64,000 nt of DNA from Acidobacteriota bacterium (GCA_965248695.1 CBDFKD010000002.1:5440001-5504000), one strand, 5' to 3'; shown: positions 33,202 to 41,192, numbered from the stretch's first letter. The notes: a model not told the origin generated them from the letters alone. Numbers and translations are program-made.

Positions 33202-33328
33202 GCTTCACCTCTTGGGAGGCCGTGTGCGACGACGCATGGTGCATGCGGGCACGAGCCTCCGGAGCGGGGAGATGCAAGCAGTTTCGCCAATGGCGTCTCC
33301 GGGATCAAGCTCGGCCCGAGTCGCGAAA

Positions 33329-33991
33329 TCAGCCTTCTCCCGGTCCCGACCATCGAGGCCCGTCCGGGGCCCGGTACGCGTGCATGCGCTCCAGCAAACG
33401 GTCGGGATGGTCGTCGACCAACAGCTGCTCACGCCGAGGGCCGTCGAGGAACCCCTCCTGCACTGCGTAGTCGAGCATTCCCAGGAGCGCGTCGTAGTAG
33501 CCGGCCACGTTCAAGACTCCGACTGGTTTCCTGTGCATCCCCAGCTGCGCCCAGGCGCTGATCTCGAACAGCTCCTCGAACGTTCCGATGCCGCCGGGCA
33601 GCGCGATGAAACCGGAGGCCAGCTCGGACATCAGATGCTTGCGCTCATGCATCGAGTCGACGACGACGAGCTCGCTCAGCGACGTGTGTCCGACCTCGCG
33701 CACCTGCAACCCGTACGGGATGACGCCGGTAACCCGACCGCCGGCAGCCATCACCGAGTCGGCGATACGGCCCATCAGACCGACGCTGCCGCCGCCGTAG
33801 ACCAACCCGATGCCGCGATCGACGAGCGCCCGCCCGAGCGCCGCAGCAGCATCTCCGTAGTCGGCTCGAACGCCGGACCTGGATCCGCAGAAGACGCAGT
33901 AGAAGAGCCCGCCCGCGCCGTCAGGCGTTTGCTTGTATCCGCGCAGCGCGCTTCTCCCAGCGCTCGCGTGCCTTGGCACGCTCCTCCTCAC
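33329..33991 (-). CDS. LOG family nucleotide monophosphate nucleosidase (TIGR00730-like); start uncertain
   Basis: CVFCGS, LVYGGGSVGLMG, MHERK and PGGIGTFEE. Confidence 0.9.
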   Translation of the reverse strand: MRRSVPRHASAGRSALRGYKQTPDGAGGLFYCVFCGSRSGVRADYGDAAAALGRALVDRGIGLVYGGGSVGLMGRIADSVMAAGGRVTGVIPYGLQVREVGHTSLSELVVVDSMHERKHLMSELASGFIALPGGIGTFEELFEISAWAQLGMHRKPVGVLNVAGYYDALLGMLDYAVQEGFLDGPRREQLLVDDHPDRLLERMHAYRAPDGPRWSGPGEG

Positions 33992-34205
33992 GCGACTTCG
34001 GCGAGGCAGTAGTCACGAGGCTGCCCAACAAGCCCATCGAGACCGCCGTTACGTCGTCGACGGCGCGCTCGAATGCTTCCGTGTTTGCCTGCGACGGCGC
34101 CCGCATGCCGCTGATCTTCCGTACGTACTGCAGGGCCGAAGCACGAACCTCGGCTTGGGTCGCCGTGGGCTCGAAGTTGAACAGCGGACGAATATTTCGA
34201 CACAC
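33921..34205 (-). CDS. DUF2277 family protein
   Basis: MCRNIRPLFNFEP...SALQYVRKISG signature; GAGGAG RBS upstream. Confidence 0.85.
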   Translation of the reverse strand: MCRNIRPLFNFEPTATQAEVRASALQYVRKISGMRAPSQANTEAFERAVDDVTAVSMGLLGSLVTTASPKSREEERAKARERWEKRAARIQANA

Positions 34206-34366
34206 GAGCGGATCCTCCTCGATGAATCGGAGCTGGCGAGTTGGCGCCCCATTTTGTCATGCGCGTGCGCCAGATCAGCGCGCCGCCGAGGATACGCCGC
34301 GGCTCCGGATTCAGGAAACCGGATCAGGAATTCGTGAATCCGTACTCGCCGCTGACGATCGAATAC

Positions 34367-34573
34367 AGAAAACCCGGCGATATCGGGCACGCCAGCCGTC
34401 GCCCCAGGCCGCTCCCCTTTACGTCCATGATCGGGACAGGGCTGGCGTCCACGTTATCGCCGGGTCCTCCGGGCTCAGGTAACACCGTGCACGCCAGCCA
34501 CAGCCCCAGGCCGCTCCCCTTTACGTCCATGATCGGGACAGGGCTGGCGTCCACACTGCCACCTGAGCTTCTA
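34367..34573 (-). ncRNA. Candidate structured small RNA made of two tandem long hairpins with an identical 39-nt loop
   Basis: A 66-bp direct repeat (34387-34452 and 34489-34554, period 102). Each copy is enclosed by its own outer stem (GCTCAGGT/ACCTGAGC; ACCCGGCGATA/TATCGCCGGGT). G-U pairs are possible only on the - strand. There is a 3' U-tract and an upstream sigma54 motif. Confidence 0.6.
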
Positions 34574-34583
34574 TCGACAGAGG

Positions 34584-34600
34584 AGCAAATGTCGTGCCAA
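34584..34600 (-). promoter_or_regulatory. Sigma54 (-24/-12) promoter
   Basis: Minus strand TTGGCACGACATTTGCT matches TGGCACG-N4-TTGCW exactly and is intergenic. Confidence 0.75.
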
Positions 34601-34709
34601 TACGGCTGGGCGTTTTGGCCCTACCAGGCTGCGTCGGCGCCGGCGATGGCGCTCGGAGCGGCAAGCGTCGTCCCGATTTCGGGATCGCCTGTGCCAGAAC
34701 CGGACGGCG

Positions 34710-35510
34710 CTACGAAGCGGGCTGTTCCACCGGATCGCTGGTGTACGGATCGTCCTCGACAACCCATCCATCCAGCAGGTTGATGATCCGGTCGCTGTAG
34801 CCAGCGTTCATCTCGGAGTGGGTCACCTGAACGATGGTGGTTCCCTCCTCCTCGTTGAGGCGCTTGAACAGCTCCATAATCTCCTTGCCCTGCGCCGTGT
34901 GGAGGTTGCCGGTCGGCTCGTCCGCCAGCAGCACCTTCGGGTTGCCGATGATCGCTCGAGCCACGCCTACCAGCTGCTGCTGCCCGCCGGACAGCTGGCT
35001 CGGGTAGAGATCCTTCTTGCCGACGATATTGAAGCGATCGAGGGTGTCCGCGACCATGCTCTTGCGCTGCGCCCGCTTGATGTTGCGATACGACAGCGGC
35101 ACGTCGAGATTCTCGTACACGGTCATGCTGTCGATCAGGTGGTAGCTCTGGAAGACGAACCCGATGTACTCACGGTTCAGCCGGTTGCGCTCTTTCGAGC
35201 TCAGATCGTGCACCGGGTAGTCCAGGAAGTAGTACTCGCCTTCCCAGGACCCATCGAGCATGCCGATGATGCTCAACAGAGTCGATTTGCCGGCCCCCGA
35301 GGGCCCCATGATGGTGACGAACTCACCCTGCTTGATGTCGGCGTTGATGCGGCGCAGCACGTACGTGCGCCCGAAGCCCGACTTGTACCACTTTTCGATT
35401 CCGCGCAGTCGGACGATCGGCGAATTGGGATCCCGTTCGATTAGCGGTTCCGTGCCACGGGCTTCTTTGCCCCCTAGAAGGTCACGCGCTTTCCACATAT
35501 CCCTCAACAT
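34710..35510 (-). CDS. ABC transporter ATP-binding protein (LolD/MacB-type), no adjacent permease
   Basis: GPSGAGKST, LSGGQQQ, LADEPTGNL and VTH. Confidence 0.92.
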   Translation of the reverse strand: MLRDMWKARDLLGGKEARGTEPLIERDPNSPIVRLRGIEKWYKSGFGRTYVLRRINADIKQGEFVTIMGPSGAGKSTLLSIIGMLDGSWEGEYYFLDYPVHDLSSKERNRLNREYIGFVFQSYHLIDSMTVYENLDVPLSYRNIKRAQRKSMVADTLDRFNIVGKKDLYPSQLSGGQQQLVGVARAIIGNPKVLLADEPTGNLHTAQGKEIMELFKRLNEEEGTTIVQVTHSEMNAGYSDRIINLLDGWVVEDDPYTSDPVEQPAS

Positions 35511-35512
35511 CG

Positions 35513-35528
35513 TGCAATAGGCTTGCCA
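35513..35528 (-). promoter_or_regulatory. Possible sigma54 promoter for the ABC ATPase
   Basis: Minus strand TGGCAAGCCTATTGCA, with correct GG-N10-GC spacing. Confidence 0.4.
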
Positions 35529-35545
35529 TTCCTGCGAGCGTATCG

Positions 35546-37198
35546 CTAATCGAGGCCCAGAACCTCCAGTCCCTGACGGTAGGTGATATCCACCGGGATC
35601 GACTGCTCGGCCAGCCGATCGAGGGCTGCCTGCAAGCCGGGACCGACGACGCCGGCGGTGGACCAGAATGCCGCGGTGGCATCGTAGTCCCCGTCGCCCT
35701 GTAGCCGAAGTAGCTTTGCCGATAGGCCGACTATCGCTTCCTGGACGCGGGCGGAATCGATCGAGTACGTGCCGTTGGAAACGTCGAACGAGAAGGCCTG
35801 CTGGTCGCGGAAATAGTTGAAGCGTGCCAGATTGGCCCGGCCGTGGGCGCTCGTAGGCCCGAAGCGGACCGAGCGGAAGATCGAGGCAAAGAACGTCACG
35901 TAGTTGTCCATCAGGTCGACGTCATCCAGATCACCGCTCGCATGCAGCTGCGTGAGCATGTGCAGCCCCAGAATGTCGGCCTTGCCCTCCTCCACCCAGG
36001 AGGCGTGCTCCGCCAGCGCCTGGCGAACCGTACCGCTCCCATCGATGGTGTTCTTGATACCGAGCCCATGTGCCACCTCGTGGAACATGGTGTTGGCGAA
36101 GAAGGCGTCGAACGTCACGTGGCCGCGCTGCTCGGGTGCGATGAGCTCGGCGGCAATCGGCGCCAGGATGCCATCGAACTTGGCGCGCATGGCGTTCTTG
36201 ATCTGCAACCGGCGCGTCCCCTTCTGCAGCTGCACCTGCTCGTCGTTGGGCAGGTTCACGGCGATCGATTTCGAGCCGGTGTTGGCCTCGCCGCCGGCGA
36301 ACACCAGATCGTAGGCATTGAGCTCGGCCTCGGTGCCCGGCTCCTCCGCTTTGTAGGCGTCGGGCACTGGCAGGGTGCGCTGCAACGACGGCAGCAACGT
36401 GGCGTAGCGTGCCAGTCGAGCACTCCACTCCTGATCTTTGATGAAGATCAGCGCTTCGTGCGACGCCTTGGCCCCGAGCAGCTGATCTTCGTAGACTTCG
36501 ATCGGGCCGATGACCACCTCGATGGTGTTGTCGGTCATCTCCATCCAGGCAACGTCGCTCGCCTGGTAGTCGTCGTCGAGCAGCGCCGCGGCCCGGAGCT
36601 CGAGGTAGTTGCGCAGCCCCGGGTCCTCAGCGAGCGTCGCCGCCTGGCGCAGCTTGCCGGCCACCTCCGCCGTCTGGGTGGCGAACGCGCGGTGATACGG
36701 GACTGTCGTCAGACTCCCCTCTGCATCCCGTCGCACCAGGGTGTAGAGCGATCGGACCGCCGGATCGTCGGCGGCGTCGATCTCCTCGCGCGTAATGTCG
36801 GCTGGATAGAAGTTGGCACCCGGCGGTTTGGCACCCACGCCTTCGACAAACGGCGCGTTGCCGTCGAGTCGATCCCAGGGGCCGGTGTTGAGCTCGGCGA
36901 AGCGTCGCTCGGCAGGATCCTCTAGTGCTTCTATCAACGACGCGCGATCGCCGTAAGCCTCGATCCAGTAGATCTCGTCGATTGCCCGGGCCGCGTCGAT
37001 CAGCAGGCGCAGAATCTGACGCTGATCGTCGCTCAGCATCGACAGGTCAGGGGCCAGACTGACTTCTGTGTACTTGGCCAGGCCGCGCTCGGCAGCGCTG
37101 GTCGAATTGGTCGCAGGTTGCGCCCGGTCGGAAGCAGGACTGCACGAGATAGCGGTCAAGGTGAGCAGCAGGAGTGCGGTGGCGCTGCGAAGAATCAT
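35546..37198 (-). CDS. Zn-dependent peptidase, dipeptidyl-peptidase III (M49)-like lipoprotein
   Basis: IGPIEVYED, NLPNDE, HEVAHG and EEGKAD; lipobox AISC. Confidence 0.85.
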   Translation of the reverse strand: MILRSATALLLLTLTAISCSPASDRAQPATNSTSAAERGLAKYTEVSLAPDLSMLSDDQRQILRLLIDAARAIDEIYWIEAYGDRASLIEALEDPAERRFAELNTGPWDRLDGNAPFVEGVGAKPPGANFYPADITREEIDAADDPAVRSLYTLVRRDAEGSLTTVPYHRAFATQTAEVAGKLRQAATLAEDPGLRNYLELRAAALLDDDYQASDVAWMEMTDNTIEVVIGPIEVYEDQLLGAKASHEALIFIKDQEWSARLARYATLLPSLQRTLPVPDAYKAEEPGTEAELNAYDLVFAGGEANTGSKSIAVNLPNDEQVQLQKGTRRLQIKNAMRAKFDGILAPIAAELIAPEQRGHVTFDAFFANTMFHEVAHGLGIKNTIDGSGTVRQALAEHASWVEEGKADILGLHMLTQLHASGDLDDVDLMDNYVTFFASIFRSVRFGPTSAHGRANLARFNYFRDQQAFSFDVSNGTYSIDSARVQEAIVGLSAKLLRLQGDGDYDATAAFWSTAGVVGPGLQAALDRLAEQSIPVDITYRQGLEVLGLD

Positions 37199-37211
37199 GG
37201 GCTCCTCGGAG

Positions 37212-38549
37212 TCAGTTGATTGCTATCGGTAGGGGTGCGCCGTCCTCGTACAGCTGACCTCGGGATGCCTCGCAGCGGCCGTAAAGGGCGCCCGGCAGGG
37301 ATGCGACGAGCTCCGTCGGTAAGACGCGATTCCGCAGGTCCGTTTCCGCATCGGTGTCCGTGAGTACGCGTACATAGTTTCCGGTCAGCCCACTCCAGCG
37401 TCTGCCGTCACCGAACGGTTCGCTCGACTCCCAAAGAACCTCGACGTGGCGGCCCAACATCCGATGTCGGAAGCTCCCCTCCAGGTCGGCACCAAGTACG
37501 TGGAGTCGGCGGCTGCGAGCCTGAGCGACCGATGGATTCACCTGCCGCCGCATGTGGGCGGCTGCAGTACCGGCACGCGGCGAGTAGCGGAACACATGCA
37601 AGCGCGAGAACGCCATCGACTCGATGAACCGGATCGACGTTTCGAACTCGGCCTCGGTCTCGCCCGGAAATCCCACGATGACGTCGGTGCTGACCGCAAG
37701 ATCCGGGACCGCTGCGCGGGCCGCATCCACCAGCGTGGTGAACTCGGCCTGGCTGGTTCGCCGCGACATGCGCCGCAGCGTCGCGTCGCAGCCGCTTTGC
37801 AGCGGCAGATGCAGGTGCGGCTGCAGCCGCGGATCGGCCCACAGGTCGAAGAGCTCGGGGCGCATGTCCCATGGCTCCAGCGACGATAGTCGCACCCGTG
37901 GCATATCGGTGCGCTCGAGGATCGCCGCAACGAGATGTTCGAGACCATGCGGATCGCCGAGATCGTGGCCGTAGGAGCCGAGATGTACCCCCGTGAGCAC
38001 GGCCTCCTGGTAGCCGAGATCCGCCAGCTGCCGAATTTGGGCAACCACCGCTTCCTGCGACCGACTACGGCTGGCGCCGCGTGCGACCGTGACGATGCAG
38101 AAAGTGCAGCGGTTGTCACAACCATCCTGAACCTTGACGAAAGCCCGCGTCCGTCCCTGCCCTGCGGCGAAGGGTGTCGACTCCGAGTCGCCGATCGGGT
38201 CGGCGTCGGTCAGCAGCCCGGCGCCGGCGAGCAGATCAGCGAGATGGTCCTTGTCGCGGTTGCTCACCACCATGTCGACACCCAGGCGTTGCACCTCGGC
38301 CCGGGACAGATCGGCGTAGCACCCCGTCACCACGAGGCTTGCTTCGGGATAATCGCGCCGAATCTGGCGCAAGATCTTGCGTGACTTGCGCTCCGCCACC
38401 TGTGTGACGGCGCAAGTGTTGAAGACGAACAGATCGGCCGAATCCCCCGGAGCCACGACGCGGTGGCCACGGCCGGCCAACCCGCGCGCCAGCTCCTCCA
38501 TCTCGCCGATGTTCAACCTGCAGCCGATCGAATCGAGACGCACGCGCAC
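37212..38549 (-). CDS. mtaB: tRNA t6A37 methylthiotransferase
   Basis: GCRLN, NTCAVT, VTGCYA and the radical SAM motif KVQDGCDNRCTFC; LHVFRYSPR. Confidence 0.88.
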   Translation of the reverse strand: MRVRLDSIGCRLNIGEMEELARGLAGRGHRVVAPGDSADLFVFNTCAVTQVAERKSRKILRQIRRDYPEASLVVTGCYADLSRAEVQRLGVDMVVSNRDKDHLADLLAGAGLLTDADPIGDSESTPFAAGQGRTRAFVKVQDGCDNRCTFCIVTVARGASRSRSQEAVVAQIRQLADLGYQEAVLTGVHLGSYGHDLGDPHGLEHLVAAILERTDMPRVRLSSLEPWDMRPELFDLWADPRLQPHLHLPLQSGCDATLRRMSRRTSQAEFTTLVDAARAAVPDLAVSTDVIVGFPGETEAEFETSIRFIESMAFSRLHVFRYSPRAGTAAAHMRRQVNPSVAQARSRRLHVLGADLEGSFRHRMLGRHVEVLWESSEPFGDGRRWSGLTGNYVRVLTDTDAETDLRNRVLPTELVASLPGALYGRCEASRGQLYEDGAPLPIAIN

Positions 38550-38728
38550 GTCAGCTGGCCGCCAGAAAAAAGGCGCTGCGCGCGACGCGCGGTCCACCGA
38601 TACGGATCATTTGCCGAGTCTCCGAGATGCCTGGTGATTCTAGCAAGTGATGACCGTCAGAACCTGTTGTGGACAGGCACACAAGGAGCCACGGGGGGTG
38701 GCATCACGCCCTGTCCGGGGGGAGATTC

Positions 38729-38995
38729 ATGGCACGTTCACTTCGCAACCCGATCCTGTGCATGTGCGCACTGTTCGTCATTGGCGGCACGCTGCTGCCC
38801 GCGACCGCCGAAGCAGGGTGCTTCGGGGAGCTCGATTCCTGCATGAATTGCGCCCGGAAGTACTTGTGGGAGGGCATCAAAGGGCTCAGTGCGAGTCTGA
38901 TCCGCGACGCCAACGTGATGATGTGGGACTGCAATCTCGATGTGTACCACTGCATCATTCTGGGCAAGCACCACCGCTACGGATGCGCCATCTGA
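38729..38995 (+). CDS. Small secreted cysteine-rich peptide (88-aa precursor)
   Basis: GGAG RBS, signal peptide ending AEA, 59-aa mature part with 6 Cys, followed by hairpins. Confidence 0.7.
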   Translation: MARSLRNPILCMCALFVIGGTLLPATAEAGCFGELDSCMNCARKYLWEGIKGLSASLIRDANVMMWDCNLDVYHCIILGKHHRYGCAI

Positions 38996-39059
38996 CCACC
39001 GAAGGCGGTCCGTTTTCGTGCTGGCGGAACTGTCCGGGAGAGCTCGCTCTCCCGGGCAG
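38994..39059 (+). terminator. Two hairpins after the peptide gene (terminator/attenuator-like)
   Basis: GACCACC-GAA-GGCGGTC followed by CGTTTT; then CTGTCCGGGAGAG-CTCG-CTCTCCCGGGCAG. Confidence 0.45.
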
Positions 39060-39086
39060 CCGCCCAGGACCAGGGGGGTGTTGCTC

Positions 39087-40265
39087 ATGGAGAACCTGTG
39101 CTCGCGGAACCTATGTCTCGAGATGCTGCGTCTCGGGAGGCTGCCCGTCGCAATGCCGCGGATCGGAACGGTGCGTATCGGAATGTTGCGCGCCGGACTG
39201 TTGGATGTCGGAGCACGGTGCTTTGGAATCCTGTGTTTGGTATCACTCGCTACTTGCCGCCCTGTCGAGCTGCCGGCGGAGTGGACTCTGGAGGCGGAAG
39301 AGCTCCGCACCCTCGGGCAAGAGCCCGTCGACGCAGCCACGGCGTTCTTCAATCCGGCCGCGGTGGGATTCGACGCTCAGAATCGAATCCATGTTCTCGA
39401 TACCGGTAACCACCGCGTACAAATCTTCTCGCCGGCCGGTGATCTCGTTGCTTCGCGCGGCAGACGCGGCAACGGCCCCGGAGAGCTCAGTGGCCCGGAA
39501 GGAATGTGGGTGTACCCAAGCGGGGAGATACTGATCGCCGATACCGGAAACCGGCGGCTGGCGCGTTTCGGCCCTGCGGGTGAGCCGCTCGATGCCGTCG
39601 CAGTCGACTACCTACCGCTCGAGGTGATGGGAACGGCGGAGCACATCTTCGTGCTGCGTCTACCACCGGCTTCCTTCATGTTCGGTCCCGCGGCGGAGCC
39701 CCTGGTGACCGTACTAGACCGCGACGGCACGCATCTCGACAGCATCGTGCCGCCGCAGCCAAGCGACGTAGGCATTCTCTACTTCCTGCTCAACACTCGG
39801 CGCATCGCACCGGCACCAGGCGGAGGGTTCGCGCTGGCCCATACTCACGTCACCAGCCAGGTGCAGCTGTACGACCGGCTCGGGACGCCAACCGCGACCA
39901 TCGATACGCTGTACAAGGCGGCCAGCTGGGCGCCGCTCGGCCGTCTGCCGCGCCACATCAGCGACCAGAGCCTGGATCGTGTGGCGCGTACCGCCACGGA
40001 TGTCGCTTGGGATGCTTCGCGCGGCCTCTACTGGGTGCTCGCCGGGTACGTCGACCGTACCTCTGAAGGAACTTGGACGACCGGCACCGAGCTCTATCGC
40101 TACGACACGAAGGGCGTCTACCGCGGCTCGGTGATGCTCCCCTATGCGGCGCGTGTCGTCGCGCCCGCTCCCGATCGGACCGTCTGGCTGATCGACGAAG
40201 AGGGCGTCCTGCACCAGCTCCGTCTACGCGATCCGGACCTCGCTCCGCCTCTGGGCGAGCCTTGA
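39087..40265 (+). CDS. NHL-repeat / 6-bladed beta-propeller lipoprotein
   Basis: IHVLDTGNHRVQIF, GRRGNGPGELSGP and IADTGNRR; lipobox LATC; AGGGGGG RBS before ATG 39087. Confidence 0.78.
   Translation: MENLCSRNLCLEMLRLGRLPVAMPRIGTVRIGMLRAGLLDVGARCFGILCLVSLATCRPVELPAEWTLEAEELRTLGQEPVDAATAFFNPAAVGFDAQNRIHVLDTGNHRVQIFSPAGDLVASRGRRGNGPGELSGPEGMWVYPSGEILIADTGNRRLARFGPAGEPLDAVAVDYLPLEVMGTAEHIFVLRLPPASFMFGPAAEPLVTVLDRDGTHLDSIVPPQPSDVGILYFLLNTRRIAPAPGGGFALAHTHVTSQVQLYDRLGTPTATIDTLYKAASWAPLGRLPRHISDQSLDRVARTATDVAWDASRGLYWVLAGYVDRTSEGTWTTGTELYRYDTKGVYRGSVMLPYAARVVAPAPDRTVWLIDEEGVLHQLRLRDPDLAPPLGEP
39093..39242 (+). repeat. Degenerate 15-bp tandem repeat (about 10 units) in the lipoprotein leader
   Basis: Units such as atgctgcgtctcggg, atgccgcggatcgga, acggtgcgtatcgga, atgttgcgcgccgga and ctgttggatgtcgga. 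Confidence 0.6.
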
Positions 40266-40293
40266 CCAGCGTCGAACCCGGCCACGGCTCTCT

Positions 40294-40848
40294 TTACCGC
40301 CGTCTACGAAAACGCCACACGGTCGTACCGTGCTCGTCGCCCTGCGTGAATACGAGCACCTCGCCCGAAGCAAACTCGTAGCGGAAGGTGTAGCGCCGTA
40401 CAGTGGACTGATCGTCGAACGACCACCAGCGTCCCTCGACCTCGAGAACGCGCCCATTGCCGGTCCAGTGGGCCCGCTCACGGACCTCGGCGGCGCCGCG
40501 CTCGAATTCGCTCACCGAACCGGCCCAGCGATACGTCTGGACGTTCTGTTCCCCGTTCTCGGGCCGGAACTCGAACACGATTCGGTCGATCTGCTGGTCT
40601 ATCCGGTAGGAGACCTCGCGATCACGCCACACCTCGACCATCGGATCGCTCGAGGCGGCATCGAACAGCCACTCCCCGGTCATGTCGACCACCGGCACGT
40701 CCGAGATCCACGGCGTCCATTCGAGCGGCGGCCTCTCTGGCGGGTCGGCCTGCTCTTGAGCGACCGCCGATGCTGTTGCCAGCGCGGACAGTGTGAGAGC
40801 CGCCAGGATCGCGATGGCGGCGCGTTGCTGCCCGCGACCGACAGCAGA
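40294..40848 (-). CDS. Hypothetical secreted beta-strand-rich protein; start codon unclear
   Basis: Signal-like AAIAILAALTLSALATASAVA-Q followed by DMTGEWLFDAASSD; the frame extends up through tRNA-Cys. Confidence 0.55.
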   Translation of the reverse strand, partial: SAVGRGQQRAAIAILAALTLSALATASAVAQEQADPPERPPLEWTPWISDVPVVDMTGEWLFDAASSDPMVEVWRDREVSYRIDQQIDRIVFEFRPENGEQNVQTYRWAGSVSEFERGAAEVRERAHWTGNGRVLEVEGRWWSFDDQSTVRRYTFRYEFASGEVLVFTQGDEHGTTVWRFRRRR

Positions 40849-40853
40849 GAAGG

Positions 40854-40925
40854 AGGCGGCGGGCGGGATCGAACCGCCGAATCGCGGTTTTGCAGACCGC
40901 TGCCTTACCACTTGGCTACGCCGCC
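40854..40925 (-). tRNA. tRNA-Cys (GCA)
   Basis: GGCGGCGTAGCCAAGTGGTAAGGCAGCGGTCTGCAAAACCGC...GGTTCGATCCCGCCCGCCGCCT, followed by CCT rather than CCA. Confidence 0.95.
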
Positions 40926-41014
40926 TAATCAAGGGTCGACGCCGGACTCGCCGCGTCGTGCTGCTCGGCGGCCGGACCTGACACCCGCGGGACACCACAC
41001 GCGGGAGAAACTGA

Positions 41015-41090
41015 TGGAGCGGGAAACGGGATTCGAACCCGCGACCTCAACGTTGGCAACGTTGCGCTCTACCAGCTGAGCTATTCCCGC
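41015..41090 (-). tRNA. tRNA-Gly (GCC)
   Basis: GCGGGAATAGCTCAGCTGGTAGAGCGCAACGTTGCCAACGTTG...GGTTCGAATCCCGTTTCCCGCTCCA. Confidence 0.97.
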
Positions 41091-41192
41091 TCCGGAATGC
41101 AAAGGATATCGGCGGGGTGAGACGCAGGCAAGAACCCCACAATTGGCCAAGCACGACTATCGCACCTGCCGGCTTTGCCGCATCGACAAGGC

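Noticed and set aside
33273-33290. Sigma54-like motif upstream of the choice-of-anchor B gene (TGGCGAAACTGCTTGC)
   Set aside because: The spacing is one base too long, and sigma54 spacing is strict.
34360-34390. Resemblance to the RNase P RNA 3' end (ACAGAAAACCCGGC) and to ZTP riboswitch words (GGGGAGCG, GCCTGGG)
   Set aside because: The other obligatory elements are absent (GAGGAAAGTCC for RNase P; the GACTGRCG arm for ZTP).
34387-34554. CRISPR mini-array (two repeats separated by 36 bp)
   Set aside because: The repeat is 66 bp with only two copies, no cas genes are in the window, and the 'spacer' base-pairs with the flanks as part of the stems.
34241-34783. Protein-coding reading of the 102-bp repeat (ORFs 34241-34783 + and 34324-34554 -)
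   Set aside because: No recognisable protein features. Strand-specific G-U pairing, the promoter and the U-tract favour an RNA, although a period divisible by 3 means a peptide is not fully excluded.
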